Notes under the pieces: model-generated
What the model saw: the letters and a program-made list of their open reading frames with translations, nothing else
Told to the model about the DNA's origin: nothing
Database searches by the model: none
Made by a program: the position numbers and the translations under genes
DNA from: Hyphomicrobiaceae bacterium
GTDB taxonomy: Bacteria > Pseudomonadota > Alphaproteobacteria > Rhizobiales > Hyphomicrobiaceae
Assembly: GCA_965223035.1 (NCBI GenBank)
Contig: OZ244980.1
Coordinates: forward strand, 2,029,184 to 2,093,183
Length of the DNA stretch: 64,000 bases
Direction of reading: 5' to 3'
Shown here: positions 19,001 to 27,978 of the stretch, piece by piece
Layout of the letters: each line of letters starts with the position of its first letter
Numbering within the stretch: position 1 is the first letter of the stretch

Positions 19001-19600
19001 CTTGAGGCTGACCCATACCCCCGCATAACGTGACAGTGCGAACCCATAAAGACCGTAGTCCAGCAGCTCTTGCACGCCGGCCGGGTTCAGGACGGGGATC
19101 ATGAAATCGACCATCGCGAACTCGGACTGGTGGGCACTGGTCGAGCTTTCACAGGTATGATCGTCACCCAACAGCGCCACCACGCCGCCATGCTTGGAGC
19201 TGCCGGCGTGATTGGCATGCCGGAACACATCACCGGTGCGATCGACTCCGGGGCCTTTGCCGTACCATAGCCCGAACACGCCGTCGTACTTGCCTTCCCC
19301 GCGTAGCTCCGCTTGCTGGCATCCCCACAGCGCGGTGGCGGCCAAATCCTCATTGAGGCCCGGCTGAAACACGATGTCGTTTTGCGCAATCAAGCCGGCG
19401 GCGCGTTGAAAGGCGACCTCAAGGCCTGCGATCGGCGAGCCGCGATAGCCCGTAACATAGCCGGCTGTCTGTAGCCCAGCCTGGCGGTCGCGCACCTTTT
19501 GCATGAGCATGAGGCGCACGATCGCCTGCGTCCCGGTCAGCAATTGATGCTGCTGATCAAGATCGAATTTGTCGTCCAACGTGTGGGCGTGCTTGGCCAT
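16040..19600 (-). CDS. Indolepyruvate/2-oxoacid:ferredoxin oxidoreductase, fused alpha-beta type
   Basis: 1186 aa from ATG 19600. It has a TPP-binding region (GIGCHYM, GDGTY), a ferredoxin-like Cys cluster (CEGCGDCGVVSNC) and a PFOR gamma-like C-terminal half. Confidence 0.9.
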   Translation of the reverse strand: MAKHAHTLDDKFDLDQQHQLLTGTQAIVRLMLMQKVRDRQAGLQTAGYVTGYRGSPIAGLEVAFQRAAGLIAQNDIVFQPGLNEDLAATALWGCQQAELRGEGKYDGVFGLWYGKGPGVDRTGDVFRHANHAGSSKHGGVVALLGDDHTCESSTSAHQSEFAMVDFMIPVLNPAGVQELLDYGLYGFALSRYAGVWVSLKCVKDNIESTATVDGRLDRVTIELPSDDEFRMPPGGLNIRLGDTPLEKEQRLHDFKRRAMLAFAKTNRLDRIVMSGGSNAKIGIITTGKSYLDTRAALDELGIDEVKANELGLRLYKVAMTWPLEPEGLQRFADGLDLILVIEEKRSLIETQVKEQLFDQPNRPDVLGKRSEANDIRDWLFPAFGALEPTELALSIGGRLIQRGSGGEHLKARVAQLNQLRGNRATQADRFPRTPYFCAGCPHNTSTRLPKDARAYAGIGCHYMVQWMDRNTEGFTQMGGEGANWIGEAPFSTRKHVFQNLGDGTYIHSGSLPIRAAVAAGTNITFKLLYNDAVAMTGGQALDGGITVAQMARQVLAEGVRRCVVVTDEPDKYAGSGQLPAVVAVHHRRNLISVQRQLAETPGVTVLIYDQTCAAEKRRRRKRGLFPDPDRRVYINPAVCEGCGDCGVVSNCVAILPLETAFGRKRQIDQSACNKDFSCLEGFCPSFVTLHGASIKKAGQPTRSSTSADGERQSGVAAMLGALPEPDLPSLDAPYAMIVNGVGGTGVVTISAVLAQAAHMAGLGFGSIDMTGLAQKGGAVACHMKVAKSPADIHAIRVGVGGADLIVGGDLVVTASNKILDAVKPGATAVVFSTYEMTTGAFTRDPDLAVPGDGLRAAIAEKVKGGPCHAIDAHGYATRLFGDSIAANMLLLGLAYQLGHVPIPAAAIEQAIELNGAAVEMNRQAFRFGRLAVHDLDALNRYLAPIAASHPPASPTLDEMVAQRSKHLSAYQDDALAARYRAQVDAVASVERSQAPGASGLAAAVAEAYHKLLAYKDEYEVARLFTEPKFKAEIDAQFEGVRHIDFHLAPPLMSWAWKDKVTGHPRKLRIPGWVILPLFRWLAKARGLRGTRWDLFGRTSERRLERQMITDYERLLGEISERLSPDTHPVAVELARLPLGIKGFGHVKLANAERAKAQEATLLAQLRAPALPRPSADVDRASERQQA

Positions 19601-19968
19601 GGGTCCCGCCTGCAATCCACGATGGCTGCTTACCGACGAAGACGTCGACAGCGCAACGTTGCTGATATGTGGGGGCGACCGCGGTCGGCTGCCAGCCGCC
19701 AGTGGGGTCACCGTAACGGGCGGCGGGGGATTCGGCTATGCAACTCGAACGAATTGTGAACGGTTTACAGCAGGCGCCAAATCGGCGGGCCTGCCACTTG
19801 GGCCTCACTGCGCTCGCGCATCCATCAGCGCCCTGGCGTCACGTGGGCAAAGGATCGCTCTGCGACCGGCCGGACCAGCGTGCTGACCGCGTCTGCCAGC
19901 GGCTGCGGCCTGTGGTAGATGACTTGAGACACGTCAACCAGCGCCGCAACTGGGCCTCATGCTTCGAT

Positions 19969-20057
19969 CTAGATCATCGTGGCTAAAGTGGAGAGCAGCT
20001 TTCTGCCTTTTGATCGGGATCGGTCCGATTCCGATCAAAAGGCAGGTTGGTCTAACC
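19969..20057. repeat. H-module variant
   Basis: ctagatcatcgtggctaaagtggagagcagctttctgccttttgatcgggatcggtccgattccgatcaaaaggcaggttggtctaa. Confidence 0.8.
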
Positions 20058-20059
20058 GA

Positions 20060-20851
20060 TCAGAAACTGCTGTCTCCCAGCGCCTGCCTAATCCAGTCAG
20101 TATTTTTATTGGTGCGGGGCCGCGAGGCTCGGCGCGGTGTCGGGTCCGGCGGTGCGAGCAGATCTGGATCAGGGATGTCGACGACGAGGGCGTCTGCGCC
20201 CGGCTGCACTGGTGGATTGAATTGATCGCTCGGAGCCGCAACGGCAGGGAAGCGCATCTGCAGCGGAACATCGCTGGCTGCCCGCGCGTCGGCGTTTTGG
20301 GTGGTCTCCACATCCGGAACGCAACGGCCCGCTTGCATCGACTGCCCGATGGGGCAGCGCGCGTCGCACACCTGTCCCATCTGGGCGCGCAGCATAGGGA
20401 GCAAAATGCGATCTGGCTGGGTTGTGGGCAGCGATGCATTGATCCGCGACAAGAAGGCGACCACGGCCGGTCGCGTCGCCGACCAACTCGATCCGAGCCG
20501 TCGGCGATAGCAGCCAACCCGCCGTAATTCGCGCTGCAGCAACAGCACCAGATCGGCGTTGGCGTCACCGGAAAGGACGTCGGGCGCGGGCGGGCTCACC
20601 ACGCGCGCCTCGCTGATCTCAGGTTGTTGGGGTGGAGCCGGCGGGCGGGCCGGAGCCACCGTTGCAGGGGGTTGAGAGGGGCGCTGATTTGCCGTCTTCG
20701 TCGGCGTGACTTGAGCCGGTAGGGCGGACGCCTGATCGCGCCTCGGCTCGGCCGCTTCGACCAGGCGGTCGCCGGTTTCCACGCGATCGAGGACATATGG
20801 CGCAAACGTCCAAGCCGCGATCAGCAAGAGTGCACCCACGACAAATTGCAT
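20060..20851 (-). CDS. Hypothetical membrane-anchored proline-rich protein with a peptidoglycan-binding-like segment
   Basis: From ATG 20851 there is an N-terminal TM (FVVGALLLIAAWTFAPYVL) and a Pro-rich linker (QPPATVAPARPPAPPQQPE). LLLQRELRRVGCYRRRLGSSWSATRPAVVAFL resembles a PG_binding_1 repeat. Third-position GC is high. Confidence 0.65.
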   Translation of the reverse strand: MQFVVGALLLIAAWTFAPYVLDRVETGDRLVEAAEPRRDQASALPAQVTPTKTANQRPSQPPATVAPARPPAPPQQPEISEARVVSPPAPDVLSGDANADLVLLLQRELRRVGCYRRRLGSSWSATRPAVVAFLSRINASLPTTQPDRILLPMLRAQMGQVCDARCPIGQSMQAGRCVPDVETTQNADARAASDVPLQMRFPAVAAPSDQFNPPVQPGADALVVDIPDPDLLAPPDPTPRRASRPRTNKNTDWIRQALGDSSF

Positions 20852-21107
20852 ATAACACCGTTCTCTGGCATCGCGGTCAGGTCGCACCCGGATCAGCCAA
20901 GCGCAGCACCGCACCATATTATCGGTTTACGACAGGAAGCTTTCGCGTTGCTTACTGCCGGACGAATCGTGTGCGCAACAATTAACCATACGTAAACAGA
21001 CTATCTGTGGAGGCATGGCAAGTCAATCGGACCATCGCTCCGGGTTCCTTCCGGTTAACAATGAATGTGGCCGCACTTCCGATCGGGAGCACGGCCTTGG
21101 CGAACCG

Positions 21108-21161
21108 ACAGGCGCGTGGATCACAACAGGCGCGTGGATGACAACATCGGCATGGATGATG
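21108..21161. repeat. 18-bp tandem repeat, about 3 units
   Basis: acaggcgcgtggatcaca / acaggcgcgtggatgaca / acatcggcatggatgatg. Confidence 0.85.
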
Positions 21162-21564
21162 AACAATCCGCCCTCCGGGTCGCACGCAATTTGCCTTTAG
21201 TATGATGGTGTTAGAGCGTTTCTGTGTTCGCTGGAACGGTCCCGCTCCCCCGCCCGGCCACCGACAATATCTTGCCAGTGCGCGAATGGGCATGGCCGGC
21301 TGGCCAAGGCCAATCCGCTTCACGCGGACATGATGGAGGCACCGAATGGTGGCCTTGCCCGGTGCGATGCTGGATCATTGTGCGGCCGCCACGGCGCCAG
21401 GGTGGGTGCGCTATCTCCGATCAAGAGGGGCTCGGCTGGTTGCTCGCGCAACCGAGAGCTGCGGCGACTGTTACAACTGAACATGGTGTTTTTACTTCCG
21501 CGAAGGGTGAAATTCGCGTTAATATGGGGTCGAACAATCCGGTGTTTTCGGGTGGCAGATTGTC

Positions 21565-22368
21565 ATGTTGGAACTAGCGTTGGTCGCGACGGTCTTGTTG
21601 AGCGCATGCGTCGTGTTGCTGTTGCGGTCCCATCGGGTCCGGCTTTACCGTGAGATGACGGATCGTCAGCAGGCGATGCGCCAAAATTTCTCGGCTGGCG
21701 GAGCTGCATCGCTGGTCGCGCGTCGGTTGCCGACATTCGATGAATACCTTGCCGTCTTGCCCAACGCTTTGCCCGACGATCAGTTCCAAGCGTTGGCGGG
21801 CGAAATCGAAAAGCTCAACCGGACGGAGCGCAGCTACCTGCCCACGCACAAGAAGGGCGGTACGGTCGCTTACGAGACGTTGTGCAGCCAAGCACCGGGG
21901 GTGGTGGCTTTCTATATGTCCCATGAAGTGCGTGAACTGATCTCTGGGATCGTCGGCGTCGATGTGGTGCCGACGCCGGTGCACGATCAAAGCTCCTGCT
22001 CGGTGCTGTTTTATGAGCAGCCCGGTGATCACATCGGATGGCATTTTGACCACAACTTCTACAGGGGGCGGCATTTCACCGTGTTATTGGCGATCGTCAA
22101 TCGTAATGCGACCCATGACGGACTTTCAGCCGCCCGCCTGTTTGGCAAGATCGGCAAAGAAGAGCGCGAGATTCCGACCCCGCCTAACGAGCTCGTCGTG
22201 TTTGAAGGCGCGCGCATCGTCCACAAGGCCACGCCGATCGACAAAGGCGAGCGTCGGGTGGTGCTGTCCATGACGTTTTGCACCGATCCGCGCAACTCAT
22301 TGCTGCAAGGCGCGGCAAGACGCATCAAAGATACCGCTTTCTTCGGCATCAGGGCGTTGTGGACCTAG
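21565..22368 (+). CDS. Membrane-anchored 2-oxoglutarate/Fe(II) oxygenase, prolyl-4-hydroxylase-like
   Basis: N-terminal TM (LALVATVLLSACVVLLL). HxD in GWHFDHN, distal His in ARIVHKATP, RxS in RRVVLSMTF. The YRGRHFTVLLAIVN block is typical of P4Hc-type folds. The stop TAG lies in the repeat terminus. Confidence 0.7.
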   Translation: MLELALVATVLLSACVVLLLRSHRVRLYREMTDRQQAMRQNFSAGGAASLVARRLPTFDEYLAVLPNALPDDQFQALAGEIEKLNRTERSYLPTHKKGGTVAYETLCSQAPGVVAFYMSHEVRELISGIVGVDVVPTPVHDQSSCSVLFYEQPGDHIGWHFDHNFYRGRHFTVLLAIVNRNATHDGLSAARLFGKIGKEEREIPTPPNELVVFEGARIVHKATPIDKGERRVVLSMTFCTDPRNSLLQGAARRIKDTAFFGIRALWT

Positions 22369-22543
22369 ATCATGTCCGCCTTTTGGGCGGATCAGCCTTG
22401 GCCGGTTCGCCCACCACCCCACCACCGACGCAGGTGAGCCGTCGTGGTCGGGCCGGGACCGGTAGGGTCACAGCTGACGCTAGATCATCGCGCCTTAAAT
22501 CGGAACCGCAATGCCGGTTCCGATTTAAGGCAGGTTGCTCTAA
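22365..22543. repeat. Mosaic repeat: G-module (22365-22479) followed by H-module (22480-22543)
   Basis: ctagatcatgtccgccttttgggcggatcagccttggccgg ... then ctagatcatcgcgccttaaatcggaaccgcaatgccggttccgatttaaggcaggttgctctaa. Confidence 0.85.
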
Positions 22544-22572
22544 AGTGCCATAGTCCAACTACGAGCCGCACG

Positions 22573-23376
22573 CTATCTGCTATAATACGATTTGACGTTG
22601 GCGGGACCCCGCCGGACGATGATTTTGAGGGGTTGGTCGGCCGTAGCGCCAGCGGGAGATGGGGCGGAACCGACCGGTTTGGATGAACGCCTGGCAGATC
22701 GGCCGTAACACCCCGCCATGCAGCGCACCGCGCTCGGGGGGCGTCGGGCCTCGGGGTGCTGCGCATCCGAGCCACTTTCGGTGGCTGTGATATTAGGTAT
22801 GGGAATTGCCGCCGGACGCGGCGCGGACGGTCGTTGGCTGGACACAGCGACCGGTTTGGCGGCGGCCGCTGCAGGGGCCTTTGCGCCGGTTGGTGTCCGC
22901 TGTTTTGGGCCGATCGTCCCGGCCGGCTGCGGGTCAGGCGTCGGGGGCTCGTGCAGGGTTCCCCGCAAAGGCGCTTGCTGGGGTCGTGGAACTGGCTTGC
23001 TGCCTCGGCCAGCTTGGTTGGCCCGGTGGGGCTTGGCAGACCATGCAGGCTCGGCATCGGACGCTTGGCCGGCGGGCTGAGACGCTGCGGTGATCGCGCG
23101 GCGCGATGATGTTGACGTCGAGGCCGGCGGTGTCAAGCGCTGGTGCGCGTTTGCGCCTAGCGCTACGTTGTCGGCGGGGGTCGGCTTGGGCTGCGGCCCT
23201 GGGCCACCCAACAACAGCCAAGCCAGCGCACCAACCGCTGCCAGCAAGCCGATGCCCATGAACACCGGCATGCCGAGGTTGCGTGAGGATGTCTGCACCG
23301 CTGCCGGCATGCCTGCACGCCCGTGCTGCCTGGTGTCGGATGAGGGGCTGGCGGTCGAATCGTCTGAGCTGGCCAT
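22573..23376 (-). CDS. Hypothetical membrane-anchored Pro/Ala-rich protein
   Basis: From ATG 23376 there is a short cytoplasmic head and one TM (VFMGIGLLAAVGALAWLLLGG). A long low-complexity Pro/Ala-rich region follows (GPQPKPTPADN, HEPPTPDPQP, RPSAPRPAAIPIP). I recognise no family. Confidence 0.55.
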   Translation of the reverse strand: MASSDDSTASPSSDTRQHGRAGMPAAVQTSSRNLGMPVFMGIGLLAAVGALAWLLLGGPGPQPKPTPADNVALGANAHQRLTPPASTSTSSRRAITAASQPAGQASDAEPAWSAKPHRANQAGRGSKPVPRPQQAPLRGTLHEPPTPDPQPAGTIGPKQRTPTGAKAPAAAAAKPVAVSSQRPSAPRPAAIPIPNITATESGSDAQHPEARRPPSAVRCMAGCYGRSARRSSKPVGSAPSPAGATADQPLKIIVRRGPANVKSYYSR

Positions 23377-23777
23377 GCGAAACTCACTAATATAAATCAA
23401 CTGCGTGGCATTGAGCCGGTGATGACGGCCGCCATAGTGTGCGCCATTGCAGCCGGGCTGCCGACGCCTGAATCAGTCATCGTCAGCACCGGAACCGACG
23501 CCGGCATCGTGCTGCCAACGCGCATCGCGACCACCCAGCTTAGGCACAGCGCGTTAACGATTGGTGAGCCGTCAAGCCCAACAGATGCGTTAGGATTTTG
23601 CGGCCGCGTGACGTTTTCGGAAAGCGCCAGCCGTCGCCCTGAGCCGTCTGCACCCGGGCCGGAACCGGGATCCGCTTGTCGGGTGGTGGCACGCCCGTCC
23701 GGATCAGCCGGCGAAGATCGTTCAGCAGTTTGGTATTCTCGGCATACCCCGAGGGATTGAGCGCGAACACGTCAGTG

Positions 23778-23928
23778 CTAGAGCAACCTGCCTTTAATCG
23801 GAATCGGAGCGATCCCGATTAAAGGCGCGATGATCTAGCGCATTGCAGCGGTGGCTGGAACCATCCCGGGTTCCCATCCGGGCACCCGATGGCACGATAT
23901 TGTGGCTGGCCGGAAAGGCCGATCCGCC
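23778..23928. repeat. Mosaic repeat: H-module (23778-23838) followed by an inverted G-module (23854-23928)
   Basis: ctagagcaacctgcctttaatcggaatcggagcgatcccgattaaaggcgcgatgatctag, then gctggaaccatcccggg...ggccgatccgcc (complement of the G-module). Confidence 0.85.
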
Positions 23929-23971
23929 AAATGCTGACATGAATTGGCCTGGGATCGGCATCACGTGCTGC

Positions 23972-26230
23972 TCAGCGCAGGCGTGCCCTAGCCGCCGTCG
24001 GCTCGGTTCGGGCGTCGCCCCTGCCGATCCGTCCGCGCACCAAATCCTCGGCCAGCCGGATCGCGACCGGACCAGACCCCAACCGTGCCCGATAGACCTG
24101 CACGTTGGACAGCACCTTCTGCACGTATTTTCGGGTCTCCTCGAATGGAATCCGGTGAATCCAATCGATCGGATCGACACCTGAGCGACGCGGGTCGCCA
24201 AACTCTCTCATCCACTGTCTCGCGCGACCCGGTCCCGCATTATAGCCTGCGATGCCGAGCAGATAACTGCCGTTGAACTCGCCCATGCGATCGCCGACGT
24301 AGGCGGTGGCGATCTTGGTGTTATAGGCGTTGTCGCGCATCAGGCGGGAGATGTTGCAGCGAATTTTGTAGTCACGGCAGACATGCCGCGCCGTTATCGG
24401 CATCACCTGCAAGATGCCGCGCGCTCCAGCTCCCGATTTGGTCTGCCCATTGAATTCGCTTTCTTGGCGCGCCAATCCGAGCAGCAAGGCCATCTCCGGG
24501 ATCGGACGACGCAGCGGCTTGAAGGTCGGGAACGCATGCACGGGATAACTGAATGTGCGCACGTTGAAGCCACGCGCTACGCCGGCTTTGCCGACGCGAA
24601 CGGCCATCTGCGTGTCGCCGATCATATTGGCCAGATGCGCCAGCATCGCGACCTCCGCCTCGCTCTTCAGCACGCGACGCAGCCTCACGAACTGCGCGCG
24701 CGTGATTTTGCGCCCCAGCTTCGCCTTGTGCGCCACCACGATCGCCTTGACGGCGTCACTGGTCACGAAACGTCGGACCTGGGCCGGGGTCGGCGGCTTT
24801 GGCGGGACGATTTCAATGTGGGCGGCCGACCGGCCAAGCTTGAGCCGCGCCAAATGCGCATGAAACGTGTCGATAAAACTGGCAGCCTTTTCATAGGCGG
24901 CACGCGCCTTCTGCTGTCGCCCGAGCGCCTCCAGCGCGCGGCCTAGCCAATAGGCGCTTTTCGAAGCGCTCAACGGACCATCGGCATTGTTTTGCATCAC
25001 CTGGAAATGACGCAGGGCAAGCTCCGGCTTTTTGAGGTAGCGCAAGGCCAACCAGCCGGCGTGGAAGGCTTGGTCCTTGGCGGGGTTGATCGATAGCGGG
25101 CCGGCGGCCTTGCCCACCTGGTAGGCGAGCTTCGCCTTGCCGTATTTCAACAGGGCGTAGATCGTGGCTCGGCGTTCGATCCACCAACTATCGGGGTCGA
25201 CGATCTGATCAGGATCAAGCGACGCGGCTTGCAGGCGCTTGGCGGCCGCGGTGATGCGCTTGGCGCGCCGCAGCGCTTGGACGCGCTGGAACGCCAAGCC
25301 CCAATCGCTGGCGTCCGGCTGCGAGAACTTCGACAGCCGGGTGAGCCCTTTACGAGAACGCAGGAACACCGTTAAGCGCGCCTTGACCTTGCGACGCTCG
25401 GCCGCCGGAAGCAGGGGCAAGAGCTTGCGAACATAGCGCGCGCGGGCGCGACGCTGAGTGGTCCAGCGGACCTGGTCCATCAACCTGCGATCAATCCGCC
25501 ACTTGTGATCCTGGCGCCGCAGCATCCGCTTGAAGCGGGCGAGGAAGGCAGGCTCTAAATCGGAAGAAAAGGTGTGATCTCGCCAGGCATCGCGGGCCGA
25601 CTGGATCGCCTCTTCGTTCTGCCCCAGGGTCAGGTAGGCCGAAGCAAGAGCTGCATGGCCGGCCCCGGTGGTCGGCGGCTGTTGCTTGAATTGGGCCACG
25701 ATGTCCCGCGCCGAACCGCCGTTGACAAAAATCGCTTCTTCGTGACGCTCGATCAACGTCCTGCGGCTGCCCCACCCGGGGTTGGCGGTCAGGAATTCCC
25801 GATATTCTGCGGCCGCTGCCAGGCCCGCGCGTAGGCGATACCAGTCCACCAGCTTGCGCGCGACGGGATGTTGTATCAGGCCGCGAAGTGCGGTGGCGGC
25901 ACCCTGATCACGCTTGTCGATACGCTTGACTGCAGCTTTCAAAAGATCTGCGTCGGTGGCTGAGATCTTCAGATCCCGCAGCGGTTTGAGGGCGTCGTCG
26001 TAGCGGGCCAAATGGGCTTTCTCGGCCGCGAGATTGCCGGCGCGTGGCGTTGCGACCAGGCCGTTTCGGGCCGATTGGGCCGCGACCTCAGATGCGACCT
26101 GGGACGCGACGGTGGCCAACACCGCCAGGGTGGTAACGCCAACAATCAGGTGCTTGAGCACAAAGTGAAGGGGCCGTCGCGCGGACAACGGCGCGGAGCA
26201 AAAATCGAAGGGTCGAGCCTCAAGTCGCAT
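23972..26230 (-). CDS. Soluble lytic murein transglycosylase (Slt70-like)
   Basis: 752 aa with a signal/TM start and a long superhelical region. The C-terminal SLT domain reads LLLGLARQESEFNGQTKSGAGARGILQVMP ... AGYNAGPGRA. Confidence 0.9.
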   Translation of the reverse strand: MRLEARPFDFCSAPLSARRPLHFVLKHLIVGVTTLAVLATVASQVASEVAAQSARNGLVATPRAGNLAAEKAHLARYDDALKPLRDLKISATDADLLKAAVKRIDKRDQGAATALRGLIQHPVARKLVDWYRLRAGLAAAAEYREFLTANPGWGSRRTLIERHEEAIFVNGGSARDIVAQFKQQPPTTGAGHAALASAYLTLGQNEEAIQSARDAWRDHTFSSDLEPAFLARFKRMLRRQDHKWRIDRRLMDQVRWTTQRRARARYVRKLLPLLPAAERRKVKARLTVFLRSRKGLTRLSKFSQPDASDWGLAFQRVQALRRAKRITAAAKRLQAASLDPDQIVDPDSWWIERRATIYALLKYGKAKLAYQVGKAAGPLSINPAKDQAFHAGWLALRYLKKPELALRHFQVMQNNADGPLSASKSAYWLGRALEALGRQQKARAAYEKAASFIDTFHAHLARLKLGRSAAHIEIVPPKPPTPAQVRRFVTSDAVKAIVVAHKAKLGRKITRAQFVRLRRVLKSEAEVAMLAHLANMIGDTQMAVRVGKAGVARGFNVRTFSYPVHAFPTFKPLRRPIPEMALLLGLARQESEFNGQTKSGAGARGILQVMPITARHVCRDYKIRCNISRLMRDNAYNTKIATAYVGDRMGEFNGSYLLGIAGYNAGPGRARQWMREFGDPRRSGVDPIDWIHRIPFEETRKYVQKVLSNVQVYRARLGSGPVAIRLAEDLVRGRIGRGDARTEPTAARARLR

Positions 26231-26397
26231 GTTCTGCCTTCCAGATCATCGGCTTTTGGCACCAATCGTGCGGCGCGCGGAGGGATTGCTTCGGTATCCT
26301 GCTTGCGAGGTCGGACGCAAGCGCATAAAGTTCTCGTGCAAAACAGGACTCAGGCGTAAAGCAACACTGTGGCAGCTTCCTGGTCAGTGTGATTTAG

Positions 26398-26427
26398 GGT
26401 GTCGCATCGGGGGGTGTCGCATTGGGG
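26398..26427. repeat. 15-bp tandem duplication in the slt / dapA divergent intergenic region
   Basis: ggtgtcgcatcgggg followed by ggtgtcgcattgggg. Confidence 0.85.
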
Positions 26428-26517
26428 GATGGCGGAACCGAACCGAGACGCACCAGCGATCGGTGTCCTCCGCCAGCCATGAGCTCACAATCACGACGAG
26501 CCTAAATGAGATCGCGC

Positions 26518-27411
26518 ATGTTTAAGGGATCTTTCACCGCCCTCATCACACCATTCATCCAAGATCAGGTGGATGAGGACGCGTTCTCCAAGCTGGTGGA
26601 ATGGCAGATTGCCGAGGGGACAGACGGACTGGTGCCGGTTGGCACCACCGGAGAAAGCCCGACGCTGTCGATGGAGGAGCATAAGCGCGTGATCGCGCTG
26701 TGCATCGAGGTCGCCCGCAAGCGGGTGCCGATTATCGCCGGCGCCGGCTCCAATTCGACCGAGGAAGCGATCGAACTTACGCAATTTGCCAAGTCGGCCG
26801 GGGCAGATGCGACGCTGCATGTGATGCCCTATTACAACAAGCCGACCCAAGAGGGCCTTTATCTCCACATCCAGGCGATCAACGACGCGGTCGATCTGCC
26901 GATCATCCTCTACAACGTGCCGGCGCGCACCGTCACCGACATGTCCGTGGCGACGATGGCACGATGTGCCGCGCTCAAAAATGTCGTTGGTGTGAAAGAC
27001 GCGACGGCCAATGTCGCCCGCGTGTCGGCCCAGCGTCTGGCATGCGGCGAGAGTTTCGTCCAGCTCTCCGGCGAGGACGCCACCGTGCTCGGATTTATGG
27101 CGCACGGGGGTGCTGGATGCATATCGGTGACGGCGAACGTGGCGCCCAGACTGTGCTCGCAGTTCCACGCCGCCTGCCTGGCGGGGGATTTCAACAAGGC
27201 GCGCGCCCTGCACGAGCAGTTGATGCCGTTGCATGAAACATTATTTGTGGAAACCAATCCGGGGCCGGTCAAATATGCGGCATCCCGGATCGGACTGTGC
27301 GCCGCGCAGGCGCGCTTGCCGATCGCGCCCTTGCAGGATGCGTCCAAGCGGCTGGTCGATGCGGCGTTGGTTCAGGTCGGATTGCTTGCGCCGGCGGCCG
27401 CTGCCGAGTAA
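26518..27411 (+). CDS. dapA: 4-hydroxy-tetrahydrodipicolinate synthase
   Basis: [13 protein letters not shown] start typical of DapA, then [15 protein letters not shown] and the YNVPARTV block. ATG 26506 is an alternative start. Confidence 0.93.
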   Translation: MFKGSFTALITPFIQDQVDEDAFSKLVEWQIAEGTDGLVPVGTTGESPTLSMEEHKRVIALCIEVARKRVPIIAGAGSNSTEEAIELTQFAKSAGADATLHVMPYYNKPTQEGLYLHIQAINDAVDLPIILYNVPARTVTDMSVATMARCAALKNVVGVKDATANVARVSAQRLACGESFVQLSGEDATVLGFMAHGGAGCISVTANVAPRLCSQFHAACLAGDFNKARALHEQLMPLHETLFVETNPGPVKYAASRIGLCAAQARLPIAPLQDASKRLVDAALVQVGLLAPAAAAE

Positions 27412-27446
27412 GGCAGGGCCCACTGCGCACGCGGGACCATACGCAC

Positions 27447-27923
27447 ATGGCTGCCAAAAAAGACGATGGGCGAAAGCGCGTCGCTGAAAACCGGCGAGCC
27501 CGGTTCGACTATTTCATCACCGAGACCTTCGAAGCCGGTATCGAGTTGAAGGGTACGGAAGTCAAGTCGCTGCGCCGTGGCCAGGCCAATATTGCCGAGA
27601 GTTACGCCTCGCCGGAAGCCGATGGGCTCATGCTGGTCAACGCCTACATCCCCGAGTACCAGGATGCCGGCAAGTTCTTCCAGCATGATCCGCGCCGGCC
27701 CCGTCGGTTGTTGCTGCACGCCTCTGAGATCAAGAAGTTGACCGACGCGGTGCAGCGCCAAGGCATGACGATGGTGCCGCTGGAGCTCTATTTCAACGAA
27801 CGTGGACGGGCCAAACTGAAGCTCGCTCTGGCACAGGGCAAAAAACTGCACGACAAACGCGAGACGTCGGCGAAGCGCGACTGGCAGCGGCAAAAGGCCC
27901 GGCTGATGCGGGAGAAGGGGTGA
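27447..27923 (+). CDS. smpB: SsrA-binding protein
   Basis: 158 aa from ATG 27447: [30 protein letters not shown] ... LLLHASEI. Confidence 0.93.
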   Translation: MAAKKDDGRKRVAENRRARFDYFITETFEAGIELKGTEVKSLRRGQANIAESYASPEADGLMLVNAYIPEYQDAGKFFQHDPRRPRRLLLHASEIKKLTDAVQRQGMTMVPLELYFNERGRAKLKLALAQGKKLHDKRETSAKRDWQRQKARLMREKG

Positions 27924-27978
27924 TGGCGCCTACTTGCCCGGAGTGGGTCGTTGCGATCATTGGCGGGCGGTGCACGGC

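Noticed and set aside
23540-23770. 76-aa ORF beginning MFALNPSGY, and 74-aa ORF 29567-29791 beginning MFALAEPSH.
   Set aside because: The common start results from a shared G-module tail (..gcgaacacgtca). The rest of the two ORFs is unrelated and has no coding bias.
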